Below, piece after piece: positions 1 through 13,086 of a stretch of 64,000 bases of DNA. Positions within the stretch are counted from its first letter, which is position 1. Every line of letters begins with the position of its first letter. Where the stretch lies: the NCBI GenBank assembly GCA_043228905.1, contig JBHGNT010000008.1, positions 14,198,001-14,262,000 on the forward strand, read 5' to 3'. The notes beneath the pieces are model-generated. The model made no database searches. It was not told the origin of the DNA and saw only the letters and a list, made by a program, of their open reading frames with translations. The stretch is from Azolla caroliniana (taxonomy: Eukaryota > Plantae > Polypodiophyta). Both the position numbers and the translations under genes were made by a program.

Positions 1-1293
1 ATGACATTTCGATAAAGGTCTGAAATCATTCAAATCTGATCATGATCAGTCAAACTCTAAACTGACTATTTAGCACGATAAAGACTCCCATGTACAAAAA
101 GTTCAAAATTGAACTTTAAAAAAACAACTCTATCCAAAATGTTCCGAGTATTTAATTACCGAGGATCAACACTCCTTGACAATCATTTCCAAAACACTTC
201 ATTTCTCAAATCATGATACATGAAAAATCCACAATTTAGTGGTGCATTAACAAAGACGTACAATTTGAATCTCAATAAACATGCTCAACAGGATCATTCT
301 GGAGGTTTCTTCATGAAGCAAAGTATGTTCAAATACCTTCTTTGAGCCCCCAAATCTATGAACTAAATAAACACCCTCCAAGACAAGTAACAATACTCGT
401 AGAACATTGAGAAGATAGCTTGGTAAGAGATCACACAAAATGCAAACATAATGATAGTAAGAGATAAAGCACCCAGCAATGATATCAAATAAGCCAATGG
501 ATTCTCTGCATTTTTACAAGTTAAAAGAAAAAGAATTGGTGTGCATCTCCTGAAAGCAATACAAAAGTGAATTGCATTTGTACCATGACATGTTAGAGAT
601 GTCAATTCCAATCATATATTGAAGAAGGAATATATATTGTATTTATGGACAAATATCTAACAATTTGTGGTTTACCGCGCAGTTACTAAATAATGCTTAC
701 ACAAATTCGCTTTTGTCGGTTAGCAGACATTCATGGTTAGGGGTTACTCGGTTAAATTCCTACATAAACATTTCTTTGTTTGTTACATGACATTAAGGGT
801 TTAGGGCAATATCCATTAAATTCCTATAAGAATTCCCTTTTTGCTTGTTACATGACAGTTGTTCATTCATGCTTTCTGAATAATGAACTTATTTAAGGTC
901 ACATTGAATGACCTCACACAAAATCAATGACATTATCAATTTGCAATCCATTGTTTGCAGAGAGCCCTTGCAATAGGCACCATTCCTCTGTTGCTTGAAA
1001 TAAATCGCAAAGTGCTGAAAAACGATATAAATCCCGCAAAGCTTCTTCTTATATACTTTTCTCATGTAAAATGTTGTTAGACCATCGACTTTCAATGGCA
1101 AAGCTCTACAAGAGTTCTAACGAATAGAGTGAAAGGACATATAAGCATCGGGCCAAGACCATTGGTCGTGATTTGGTTAATATACAATTGTTTGCTCCCT
1201 TCAATATTTTCAATCATCCACAATCAGTAAATATGGCTGGCTACTTTCACTTGTTATTATTACTCTTTTCTACATGGATTGTTATGTCTTTTA

Positions 1294-4200
1294 TCATCGG
1301 CGTCCATGTGATTGTGATCGATGATGTGACAGTGGTTTTCCACGGATGAATTGAGGGGCCTTGGCACGCTTTGGCCCGCCCATGGGAAGCTCTTCTAAAC
1401 CCATCACTTGTATAGTGCGTTGTCGTTTAGCTGCGTCCAGCACCCCCAATCGTATTATTTTCAACTTAAAAATATTCTCAAATGAACAAAAACGGAATGG
1501 TACTCAAAATGCAATCGGCTCAGAATTTGTGAGAAAATCATATTGCGAAAAGCTATGAAGTAAAGAGTGAAAAATGGCTATAAGTAAAGAATGTCCATGC
1601 TCCTTGGTATATAAACAAACATATTCGGATGCATATATTCGGTGCAATTTGCATATGAACTAGATTATTAACAATATATTTACCATTTTCGGCTTGCTGA
1701 TAATTCTCTTGCAACTTCTTCTTTGCCGCAACGAGCCGTTGATCCAAGTCCGAAGGATTCTTTTGAAAAGAGGCGAACAAAATATGAGAAAGGTGGCTTC
1801 AACAGCTCCACAGTAGAACCAAACCATAAATGATGCATTGTGCTAGAAAGAGCTAAACCATGCATTGTAACGGAACAAAATACAGCACTCAAATTTTAAA
1901 ATCTATACCATGCATGGACAGTGAATCCCAGAATCCTACACCCTGCACCATGTATTGTGCTAGAAAGAGCTAAACCGAAACCCTAAATTGCAATGGAAAG
2001 AGCATATTTAGACATACCAAGCATGGCCGGGATGCCTTGGGAGGAGTGACAACTTGCTTCTCTGTAGGTGGAGCTTTTCTCTCTTGCTTTTCGCGAGATT
2101 GTCTCCGATCATCAGAGGAACCATTTGTCATCTTACTATCATCTTTCTCTCTCTTACTATTAGCATTCCCTGAGCTATCACGGCGTCCATCGTGGATCCC
2201 AGGGATATGACCATTAGACTTCTTTAGTGATTGAGGTTGTGCGTTTGGATTTCCAGAACCTGTTGCTATTTTACCATTTTCCCTTATGTTAGGACTAACT
2301 AGAAATATAAATAAAGACTTGATTAACCAGATTCACTTGAACTCAAGAAAGGGATAAATTGACAGATTAACTTGAAATCTTAATAATGCCTTTAAGGAAT
2401 CGGATTAACTAGAAATTGATAATATAGAATCAACAAATTGGATTCTAGAGGTAAATCAAGATTACAAAAAAGTACTATATCAGAAACTGAAGGTCTAAAT
2501 TTCTTTTCCACTGCCTAATATGGACAGCAAATCTATAGAAAGGGGGAAACCTCGTAGATAGTTTTATGAAAGGACATTATTAGACAGATTATGATTGATG
2601 AGGACGCATTCGGTAATGTAATGTGCATGACACCACATGACCTCATTTAGTTTGAATATGGGTATGTGCTTATCAGATATAAATTTAAAACTTAGCATGA
2701 ACCTTACCAGACATGGCATCGATATCCACCTGTAGATATCAAGGGCTACATTGGATAAAGGATTTTACACCTTGTGTTATACATTTATCACTTCCAAGAT
2801 ATCATTACCTTTTCGGGGTTAGTAATAGGGAAGAAGGGAACGGGAAGCAGCATCATGTGCTGTATATTCATCTCCATCCTAGTATATAATAGTGGTATTA
2901 GATCCAGTTCAAGAATATTGGCATCAGAAATACGAGGTCAAATTGCATCTTTCGAATAGCATCGTGCAGGACTAGGCATATGAAAACATAGACTAACACA
3001 TTGATATTGAGTGGATAGTACTGCCATGAACAGGTCTGGGGTTAGATTGATATTGACATGGGTAATTTTTGAAACCAAAAGCTAGTTAGCACCCAAAATG
3101 CTTGCTTTACAAAAGCCAGCTAGCGATAACCTATAGCTAGATAGCATAGGTTATAGGATAGAACCATTCTCATGGTTCTATCCTATAACTTATGCACGCA
3201 TCCAACAATGTTACACCTTGAATCTCAAGCCACTGAGGTGCCACTTCTTCATCGCTAGCATGGTACAAGATGGGATATTGAAGAAAAGGAAAGCCTGTAC
3301 CATGGTACAGTCCCAATGCACATGACACTTTCACATCACTCTTTGCATGTGCTTTAAAATGGAGAACTTTATAATCTTCCACCCATATGGACACCTTGAG
3401 GCTCACAAACAAGAACCTAGGATCATGATGATTTTGAAGCATGTTCTTTGTAAGAGCATGTTAATCATCAAAAACAATTCGCAGCTACCTTGAAGGAAAA
3501 AGACCTGTGGAGATAAGAAACTACACAAATCTTGTGGTTTCACCCTCTGGGAACACCTATGCCCAAGTTATATGGGTCATTTCTGGAACATGAAATCACA
3601 TGGCTTGAGCTAATAGAGGCAAGATTCAAGAACAACTTATCTAGATTGGATCACATTTTTACTCTCTGAGCTGTCATCAACAAAAAGCTAAAATATAGGG
3701 GACTGGGAAGTCTATCTAGTGAAGAACTGTGAGCTTAAGCAAAGCCTTTGACAGAATATAAAAAGCTAAATTTATTGCAACTTCAAACACAGTAGCATTT
3801 CAGATCAGAGATGATATGTTACTAGCATCATAGCACTATATATGAATGCATCAAAGGGAGGGGAAAGAGCACAAAGAGACTTTTCAGATGAGATTACAAA
3901 CACCATGTGCATGTAACAAGTCTGCCTTGCACTCTTTCAGCTTTACATCGACGAGTTAGTGGTTTACATTACATGAGGTCGGGGGATTAGAGTCACATTA
4001 GACAAGACACTGATCACCATTCCAGCTTCTCCTGAGACATTGGGTCTCTACCATGATTGTGCCTGTAGCCGAGTTTAGAAATCTGGACTTAGCACGGTCG
4101 CATATCAGAAGCAGAGTTTCTCTAGCTTTTGGGATATATTTTCTGAAGTATGTTTACGGCATCCAAAGGAGAAACTCCACATACATAGAAATTAGTCAAG

Positions 4201-6905
4201 TTTGTTTACATGTATAAAAATTTCATAGAAAAAAGTATTTCACTAACAAAAAACATAAGGGCAATCAACAGCAACTTAAAGCAGAGAAGGGAACCATGTC
4301 TATAGAGTTATTGCTCAATTCAACTTACAGGTTTCATCATCCATAAAGTCGAATAGCTTCAACACCAGAGGTATACATAAGAAAAGAAAAAACATTTAGA
4401 CACCATTTTGTATATTGCGTCAGCTTGTGTCTCATATAAAAAGAGATAAAAGAGTATAACCTGATACATCTCTAAAGAGGCAGTTCGTCCGGCCAATAGA
4501 GCACCTTCATCCATTGGTGGAGAAGGAAGTCCATCCTCATCATCATTGAGAGGTGATTCAATTGACAATGGCCTCCCTGGAAGCAAATAAGGAACATAAT
4601 TAAGAAATTCACCTCAAATCCAATGTCAAAGTATCAAAGAGCTAATATATTGTTTGTTACTATAAAATTATGCAAACAAATAAGGAAATATCAAGAAGTG
4701 TATATATATAATGCTTCCATACCAGCCTTTGCAGCTGCAGTAACATCTTGCACACTTTTGTACCAATGCTCCGCAGTGTCCTTCCACTCACTACATAACA
4801 TATGGCATATTAATGAAAACTATAGACCATTATCTTCCCTGACTGTTCAGAAATTATATGCAAATTTCTTATGTCACTCACTGACACAAAGGACCTTTGT
4901 TTGTATGGTAAAACATTAGATTTATCTAGTAGAATTGGGAATGGTCCAGATGCCTATCGAATGCCTTGAGACAATGATATTCGAGGGTCTAGAAGAATTG
5001 GGAAAGGTCTAGAATTCTTTGAATATTTTGGAACAATGATATTTGTTGGCTCTAGGACCTTCTAGCTTTTTAAACTTTTTTTCCTTCGTCCTCTGTAAGT
5101 TTTTATAACTCCTGACGTCTATGAAGAAATAGCATTCTTGGGCCACAGAGTCCCTTTCAGATGTTGTTACAACACATTCCAAGAACTCAATCATACCTCA
5201 CAAGCTTTTTGGCTAGAGCTCGGACCCTTCCAGATGAATGCTTCCGAAGAGTATTCACTGTTTTTCCAATCTCAGTCTCCTGAACCCAAAAACTTCTATA
5301 AGAAAAAAAATGTATGTGACCACGTTCAAGAGAATCAAGCATCACATTTAATTGTTTGAATCTAACCTTCAATACATCAAATGATAGTTGCATGAGTTCC
5401 AACCTCTGCAATGAATCGAAAACCTCTGCTTCAGACTGCAATCAACAATCAATCAAAAAACAATATAAGTGTGTTCAAATTCCTATGAAGTTACTAGAGA
5501 ATGAAATAATCAATCAAAGTTGAAAACAAAGTGGCAAACTTATCAAACAGAGGATGACACAATCAATCATCAGAGAACAAAAAAGACATCAAATTCTCAT
5601 TAAACAACTATGAAGTGAATGAAACAATCAAGAAAGAACACAATTTGACCAATGTCATATCAAAAACCTTCAAACATGATGAACAACAATCAATCAAAGC
5701 AGGATGAAGATAAGTCAAAAAGTCTTATCAGTAACTATGAAGAAGATGAAACAATCCATCAAATAAAGAGTAAAAAGAACATGAACGAAATCACACCTTC
5801 AAATCCTTCGAACTATTAAGACAATCAATCAAAGAACTGCACAAATCAATCAAAGTCTTTATCAAACAACTGGAGCAAAAACAAAGTTGATAAATGCAAA
5901 TATTTCGACTTTGGACTACTCACATGATAATGTAACTAAGAAGTACACAATGTGATCAATGTTTTATCTTTAAACTAGAGTAAAAGCAAAGTGGATAAAA
6001 GGAACATGCTTCTTCTCTGAATTTATACTCCTTCAATCAATAAAAGAAGAGGAGAAATTGACCAAAGTCGTGATCAAACAAGTAATGGTAAAAACTCATT
6101 GGAGAAGATCATATAAAAAAAACATCCAATTACTCGTGAGCAATAACAGACTAATCAATACCTAATGTAAAACAAAACCTTCAGAGTGCTGGTGCAATAA
6201 ATCAATCAAAGAAGAACGCAAAGTGATGCAAGTTTCTTTGTAAGAAGCAACACATACCTTATAAGAGTCCAAAAGGCTTTCTTTGATCTCGACTAAATCA
6301 CATTTTAAGAGAATTTCCTCTTCCATTTCATCAGTGAGGGCCTCAGCTTCATCATATTTACCCTTTCTAAGCCTATCATCATGATCATCATTATCACCAT
6401 CAACAACAACATCATCAACAAAGTCATTACTATCATCATTATCGACATCAACATCATCGTCGTCGTCATCATCATCATCATCCACATAATCAACAGCATC
6501 ATCATTTCCATGAATCTTAGTAAATAGACCACTCCTCTTATCTTCTTTTTCTTCATACATAGCTTTCCTTTTGCTTCTATCTCCCTCCATGGCCTTCTTT
6601 GTTCCTTTTTCTCCCTCTGGAACTTTCTCTTTCCCTTTTTCTGCCCCTGTAGCCACTTTCTTCCCTTTCTCTCCCTCCCTCACCATTTTCTTGGCTTTCT
6701 CTACCTCTACAGCTTTCCTTTTGCTGTTTTCTTGCTCCATAGCAACACAGAGCTTCTCAGGGGAATAAAGCTTTTGGGCAAATCTGTCTCTATGTGAAGG
6801 GAAATCATCGGGATGGTCAAAATAAGCAATAGCTAGAGCTCTCTCACAGATTGTCCAGAGGTCTTTCTCAGGAATCTGATCAAAATAGTCACGCCATTTC
6901 TCCAT
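1294..6905 (-). CDS. MED26: Mediator subunit 26-like / TFIIS N-terminal (LW) domain protein; 9 exons: 6905-6258, 5435-5367, 5279-5197, 4790-4723, 4576-4461, 4356-4329, 2298-2018, 1759-1684, 1430-1294
   Basis: All exons have GT-AG borders and consistent phases. Translation gives LQRLELMQLSFDVLKETEIGKTVNTLRKH (TFIIS-N), GLPSPPMDEGA, and LVAAKKKLQENYQQAENAKRQRTIQVMGLEELP, hallmarks of plant MED26a/b/c. The stop TGA is at 1296-1294. Confidence 0.9.
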
Positions 6906-6998
6906 GGAAAGCTCGATCGAGCCCTCTTAAACAAGGGAGGAGCAGGAAGGAAGCAAGGGGGGATCTCTCAGAAGGGAGGCCTCTCTGTTTCTTAAGAC

Positions 6999-7000
<2 letters not shown>

Positions 7001-7044
<44 letters not shown>

Positions 7045-7095
7045 TGATATTAATAGCTCCTCTGTTTCTTAGAGACAAGACATACATACATACAT
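7001..7095. repeat. (TATG)n microsatellite followed by a short inverted (CATA)n, just upstream of the MED26 ATG
   Basis: Directly visible. Confidence 0.85.
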
Positions 7096-7748
7096 AGATA
7101 ATATGTAGCTCTAGCTCTCAATGAAGAAGGGATCTACTGAAAGGATACTTCCTTCCTTTCCGTCACTAATTTTCTTCACATATGAAGGCCTCTGTTCACA
7201 CCACACCACCCCACAGCCCCACAGCACGCACGCGCACCTCTTCCGTTGCTTCGGATTTCCGATGCTCCTTCTCTCGATCGGACACACATGACATGTCACT
7301 CTGGGATCGGTTTAGAAACCATCTTGCCTCTCATGGTGAGCATTGCCAGCTTTCTGTCCGGTCCTACCATATATATAAATCTTCTAGCTCGCAACAACTT
7401 TCAAACCAAGGTCCCGTTGCATCGAAGCAAACAAGTAAGACAGGGATTCCTCCATTAGTGTCTCGTTCACTACAGATTCCCCTAACCAGCTCCCCACCCC
7501 TCTCGGACGTGAGAGTTGAGGAACCGAATCTTCTGATAATGATTGCTAGCCAACTAGGGATCTACGCATCCTCAATGTTCTAATATGTTTGTGTTGTTGC
7601 ATGCAACAACCCTCATAAAGACATTGGGGTTATAGTCTAATATGTATGTGTGCATGTGAGAAATTGAATATATATCTATTACATTTTCTTGTCTTCAATA
7701 ATGATATGTTATCTATTCTAGTGAACATAAGTGAGCTTGAACGAACCT

Positions 7749-8280
7749 TGTCAAGAATACGTGAGTATTTTTTTATTTGTTTGAAAAAAAAAATTACATT
7801 ATTATGCCCCTAGATTATGGGAGTCTCAAAACACCCGAAAACACGGTTGGGACAAAAAGATGATTTATATTATAAGAAAGAGATACAAGATTCTGACAGT
7901 CCCAATGTTGGGACAAACCAAATGATATGAGGAGCTAGAGAGTGTTCAAGATTACAAAAGGTGTCAGTAGAACTCAGAAACCAGGAATCATAAAAATTTA
8001 GGAGAGGCTCCTCCTTATATAGGCCAAGATATGGCCGTTGGACTAATCGTTGGGACTAATTGATGGGTAGTCCATTGGGACTACCCTTTGGGACTAGTTG
8101 TCCCAACCTAGGGCAGCACCCCTTTTGGGATAGGAACTAGGATTGTGTCTAGCTCCTTGAGTGAGTCCCAACTCAATTTGGGGCCACTTGCCAGTTGGGA
8201 GTTTTTGAACGCACCACAACATGCTACAACTCAATGCAAAAACATGTTGCTTTTATACCTCATATAGGAGGGTTTAGACA
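7749..8280 (-). mobile_element. Probable LTR remnant with repeated TTGGGAC/GTCCCAA motifs
   Basis: TGTCAA...TAGACA termini, and a purine tract GGGGG on the minus strand adjacent to the right end (8281-8285). No TSD recognised. Confidence 0.4.
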
Positions 8281-9469
8281 CCCCCATGTGTTATTGTTTA
8301 TAGGTCTACGAGATTATGTCATTGAAATTCCAAATTTAAAATATATAAATGCAAAGGGAAAAATATGTTGTTGAATGTTGATCAACTAGGTGATAGGATA
8401 CTTATCATTGGATTTATTAAGTTCTTTATTAAGTTAGATCTTTTGGCTCCTCGAGTGTCCTCATCTTAAACCTTGGGTGACTTTCGTCTAATAATCATTC
8501 CTAGGTTAGATTCATGGAGTCCTTATTTTGTAGTTTCTACCATACTCGTAAGTTGTGGCAATATACTTGTAAAAACCTAAAGAGCATAGAAAGCACAACA
8601 TCCCAAAAACAACTAATATCATTTTTACATTTTGGGTTGGATTCACAATGCCCTTGTCTATTGTCTTACTTAGGTTGGATTCATGTCAACATGGAGAAAC
8701 TTTATGGAAATTTTGGGTACTATTATAAGACCATAACATCACGTGTTACCTATAGTTTCATTAATAAATTTCTTTAGATATATGATAAGGGAAAAACAAA
8801 AGTGTAAGAGTGCTCTTATCCTCATAAAACCTTAGCATCACGTGTTGTGTCAAGCTTCATTACTAAATCTCTTTAGAGATATAATAAGAGCAAAAACAAA
8901 ACGTGGGAGTGTGTTATAGGCATAATCTTATGGAGTAATTTTATAATTAATTTTAATGGGTTAAGAGTAAGATAGTTCGGAAACCAGTTATCCTAGGAAC
9001 TAGGACAAACCCATAAGGATTAATTATAATTGGTCTAAGTGAAAGCATGGGAATGGGAACAATTAGTTGTGTCTTTGACAGAACTAATTAGCTATGCAAA
9101 AAGCTAAATGTAATTTAGTTGTTTGGCAATTTTAGGGATTATGAAAATGTGATCTCAATAATGTTGGAACTAAATGTGTACAATAAATGGTTATATTAAA
9201 AAGGTTTAACTATATTTAACAAATTCGTAGGTGTATTCAATGTCCCATTATGCAGGATCAATCACATTGGCAACATGTTTGGTATTATTACTCACTCATC
9301 ATTCCTCTACAACTTTTCTTCCTTCATACATGTTCCTATCCACCTGTGTGAGTATTGTTGCTACAATCACTCCTTACTGCCTCTGTTTGCTCCTCCATTG
9401 TAATCGCCCAATATTACCTTTGTATGTATCATTTTTGTGATTGATCATTCTTGCCTCTACAAGTATTGT

Positions 9470-9976
9470 CGTTGACATGAATAATGGTCATGCCAAAGCT
9501 CAAACCCTCGACCTTGACACTCATCTTATAACACCTTACCCATTGGTTCATTTAGATTATGTGATAATAATTTATGTCATTATTAAGCAATGTATGCATA
9601 CACCATTATAGAACATTCTGGAACATTTCAGGAAACTCATGCAAGGATGACACGTGACATTGCTTGCTCTTGCATGCGGCATCACCTGCTCCTATAAATT
9701 GAAGCCTTGCACTATTTTCAAGTCATTCTGGTTCAACACTAGTCTCAAGCCCTCTAGCCTACATTATCATTCATTCTCTTAATTCTCTACCCTAGTTGTA
9801 ACATTCTCTCTTTATAATAATAAATATCACCATTCTGCTTCGACTAAACATCTCTATCTTTTTCTCTTGTTTGCATGTTGACAATTAGTTGTAACATTCT
9901 CTCTTTATAATAATAAATATCTCTATTCCACTTCTTCTAAACACCTTTATCCTTTTCTCTTGTCCGCGTGCTGACA
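9470..9976 (+). mobile_element. Solo LTR with duplicated 3' end
   Basis: ATTGT 5-bp TSD (9465-9469 and 9977-9981), (C)GTTG...TGACA termini, TATA box CTATAAA near 9692, and a ~90-bp tandem duplication of the 3' end (about 9794-9883 and 9887-9976). Confidence 0.6.
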
Positions 9977-10498
9977 ATTGTTGCCTATAGTCATCGCGGC
10001 CACTATCCATATTTCTGCCTCAAGTACTGTCATTACACTCGCTCACTTACCACTTATGCAAGTACCACTATTGAAATGACTCCTTACACGACTCTACTAA
10101 TACCACCATTGAAATTGCTAACTTACCGCCTCTACAAGTCCCACTACTGAAATCTCTCTTTACCACCATTGTGATCGCTCCTCACAATTACCCTCTTGCA
10201 CGTGGTATAGTCATTTACATCTCATTCTTCTTTTTAAGTAGCTAATCAGGAATTTTCAATGGAAGAGGAATCATAGTGTTTATCAATAGCCCTCATGAAT
10301 CCGAAATAAAGGGGTATGACTATTAGTACACAACAAGCGATAAGAAAGTATTGGGGAAAAAAAAGGAAACATCAACAAATTTTAAAGGGTAAGGTCGACA
10401 CTTCAACTAAAGGTGAGGATAATATTGGTTGTGATGTAGATTTGAATATCACTGAGAATGGAAGAAATGAAACTAAAATCAAAGAAAGAGAGATTGTG

Positions 10499-13086
10499 TG
10501 TTGAGAATCAAGCTCAACATAGTGCAACATGTGAACACACCTTTTGAGAATCTATCATTACTCAAAGGTTAAGAGTCACACCATTACTCTCTACACATTA
10601 ACTATGTGTCATAGAATCATATTTTATGACACATAACTAATGAGTTACATATTCCCCATGACTATGAGTCTTCACATTCCCCAAGAGAGAGTGGTTGTTG
10701 TAGTTAGTTAATGAAGAGAGAGGGTGACTATATAAAGCACCCTCCTCATACTTCACATTTAGTCGGTTATGACTCTTTGTAATGCTACATTTTGTATTTC
10801 CTATTCTACTTGTGAATATACACCTTCTTTTTTAGTATTCATTTTTCTATCTATCTTGTGTTCTCTTTTCTCTCCTCTAATTCCTCTCACACATACACAT
10901 AACACATATCTCTTTCGCTACACAAGAATCATACCCGATTCTTTACATGGTATTAGAGCGGTTTGGTAGCTCGATCTAGCCCATCTGCGTGTGTTGTGTT
11001 CTACGCCGATGTTCGAGAAGAACCGGTGTATCGCTATCGTAGTGCGACTATATAGCTCGTGTTCAAAAGAGAAGGAAAAGAAGAAAGAAAGCTTCATCGA
11101 CAATGAATACTCAAATGGGGAGCGTTCTCCCTAGCGAGAAGCTAGATCGAAACAACTTTGCATCTTGGGAGTACAAGATGCACCAATACCTTGTCGGCCA
11201 AGGCTATTGGGGTTATATCAAAGGAGCACAAGAAAACCGATCCGGCCCGAAAGACGTCGACTATGCAACATGGGAGCAAGAGGCAAGCCGAGTGATGTAT
11301 TGCTTAGCGACATGTGTTCACGACCACATGCTCGGGTACATTCGAGAAGCCGAGACGCCAAAGGAAGCGTGGGAGAATCTACGAAAGATTTTCGCCGCCA
11401 ACACAATCGCAAGAAAGCTTCAACTCCACCAAGAGTTAAACAACATTGAACAATATTGAACAAAGGGATATGTCCATCACAAGCTACACCCTGAAGATCA
11501 AGGAGCTTTGCGACTCACTCGACTCGATAAGCGTCAATGTGGACGATGATGAGATGGTGCAAATATGCCTTGCCCTCCTTCGATCTTCAATCCATGTTGT
11601 TGGTCGAAGAAAACCATGTTCGAACAAGGAGCAATGCCTCAGAAGGCCACATGCTCTACACGTTATTGCGAAAATGCGACAAGGATACGTGAACTTGAGG
11701 CAATACCCCAAGGCCTTTGATTAGAGGATATCAGATTCGTGTGTTTATACTTTTAAGAATTAACAAAAATCAGAAAGTTTGATAAATTTCATTAAGAAAG
11801 GAAAAGAAAAATTACAATCTATCCCAAGATTGGGATTACAAAAGTTTAGGTTTAAAGAGATTAATAGATAAGGAAAATTAGGGTTTTTTTAGAGATATCT
11901 TCCATAAGGAAAATTAGGGTTTATATGAGAGACAACTTCCGTAAGGAAAATTAGGGTTTTTGAGAGATAGTTTCCATAAGGAAAATTAGGCTTTATGGCT
12001 TCCATCAGAAAATTAGGGTTTTTTCCCCCAAAAGATGGCTTTGATCCCCTAAGGCCCATTAGGATCTATGGATTATCGAGAGATAGCTTTTCTCCTCCCT
12101 TCTCGCACTTGCATGAAGGAACTCCAGTTTCCATCTTGAGTCCACATGACCTTTACTGTATATAAAGTTTGACTTTAGTTGAATGCGTTCACATAACCTT
12201 TACTTTACTTTTTAGTTGGGCCACATGATAAACCCTAAACCCTAACCTTTACTTTAGTTTACTTTACTTTGGCCGCATGATCTGTCCGTCTTGACCGTCG
12301 CCCATCCGATCCGGTCCAGTTCCATTGGCAAACCCATTACAAGTAGTTAAGTCACATCCATCGATCCGAATAATTTAGCCCAAATCACCTTGAACATTCT
12401 ATGCTTCACACATATACATAGGTTCTGGCTCTCCACTTATAGACTATGAGATCCAATGTTATCCTATCTACATGGGATATCTCACAGTTTTGTTTTCCTC
12501 TTCTTCTCAAACTTCACACTCATATAACTTAATACTTAGTTATTCGTTTCATGTATAATAAAATGCGTTTGGAAGCTCTTGAAGACGTCGATCTTTCCAT
12601 ATCAAACTATTTTAAGCTAATCTTAAATAATTATTTTACTATTTTTCATATCGTGTGTGAAGAACCACACAACAACGCATTCGAACAGAGGAAGAGGACG
12701 CGATTGAGAAAGAGGCTGATTTGGCCAAGGACGAGGCGGACGAGGTTCGACTTATGAAAACAACTCGCAATTTCAGCATCAAGATAGAAACTATCGAGGA
12801 ACCTTCGGAAGAAAGGGGAGTTTCCATTCCAGTCCAAGCCGACAAAACTCGGTCGAATGTGAATATTGCGGAAAAATCGGTCACCACGAAGAATAGTGTC
12901 GTAAGAAGATACGTGAGTTAGCTTCCACAAGTCGACAACTCACCAATGATGCCACCAACTCCGATTATGGAGGAATGTTTGTGATGAAACATAGAACAAA
13001 TTTTATGTCGGCTTCTACTTCAAATAACGCATCTAGTCCGGAAGACGTATGGTTCGTCGACTCCGGTGCCTCGAACCATATGACGT
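10499..13086 (+). mobile_element. 5' half of a Ty1/copia element (LTR 10499-10947, tRNA-iMet PBS, gag, protease), disrupted and truncated
   Basis: LTR TGTTGAGAATCAAGCTCAAC...TTTACA; PBS TGGTATTAGAGC at 10948-10959; gag from 11103 (UBN2-type); zinc knuckle CEYCGKIGH; protease WFVDSGASNHM at about 13050-13082. A 10-nt duplication near 11442-11461 frameshifts gag. Confidence 0.88.
11664..12674 (-). mobile_element. ~1-kb solo-LTR-like insertion within copia gag
   Basis: Removing it restores MLYT-HSNRGRGR. Termini are T(A)TTG...CAACA, with flanking ACGT/ACGC as a probable TSD. It contains ~37-bp tandem repeats of AAGGAAAATTAGGGTTT (11868-12022). Confidence 0.7.

Noticed and set aside
4019-4145. 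Additional MED26 exon
   Set aside because: The exon 4356-4329 already splices in frame to 2298-2018, and I could not establish a convincing acceptor or MED26 similarity for this segment.
11868-12246. Interstitial telomere (TTAGGG/AAACCCT motifs)
   Set aside because: Only isolated telo-box-like motifs inside short LTR tandem repeats; there is no (TTTAGGG)n array.
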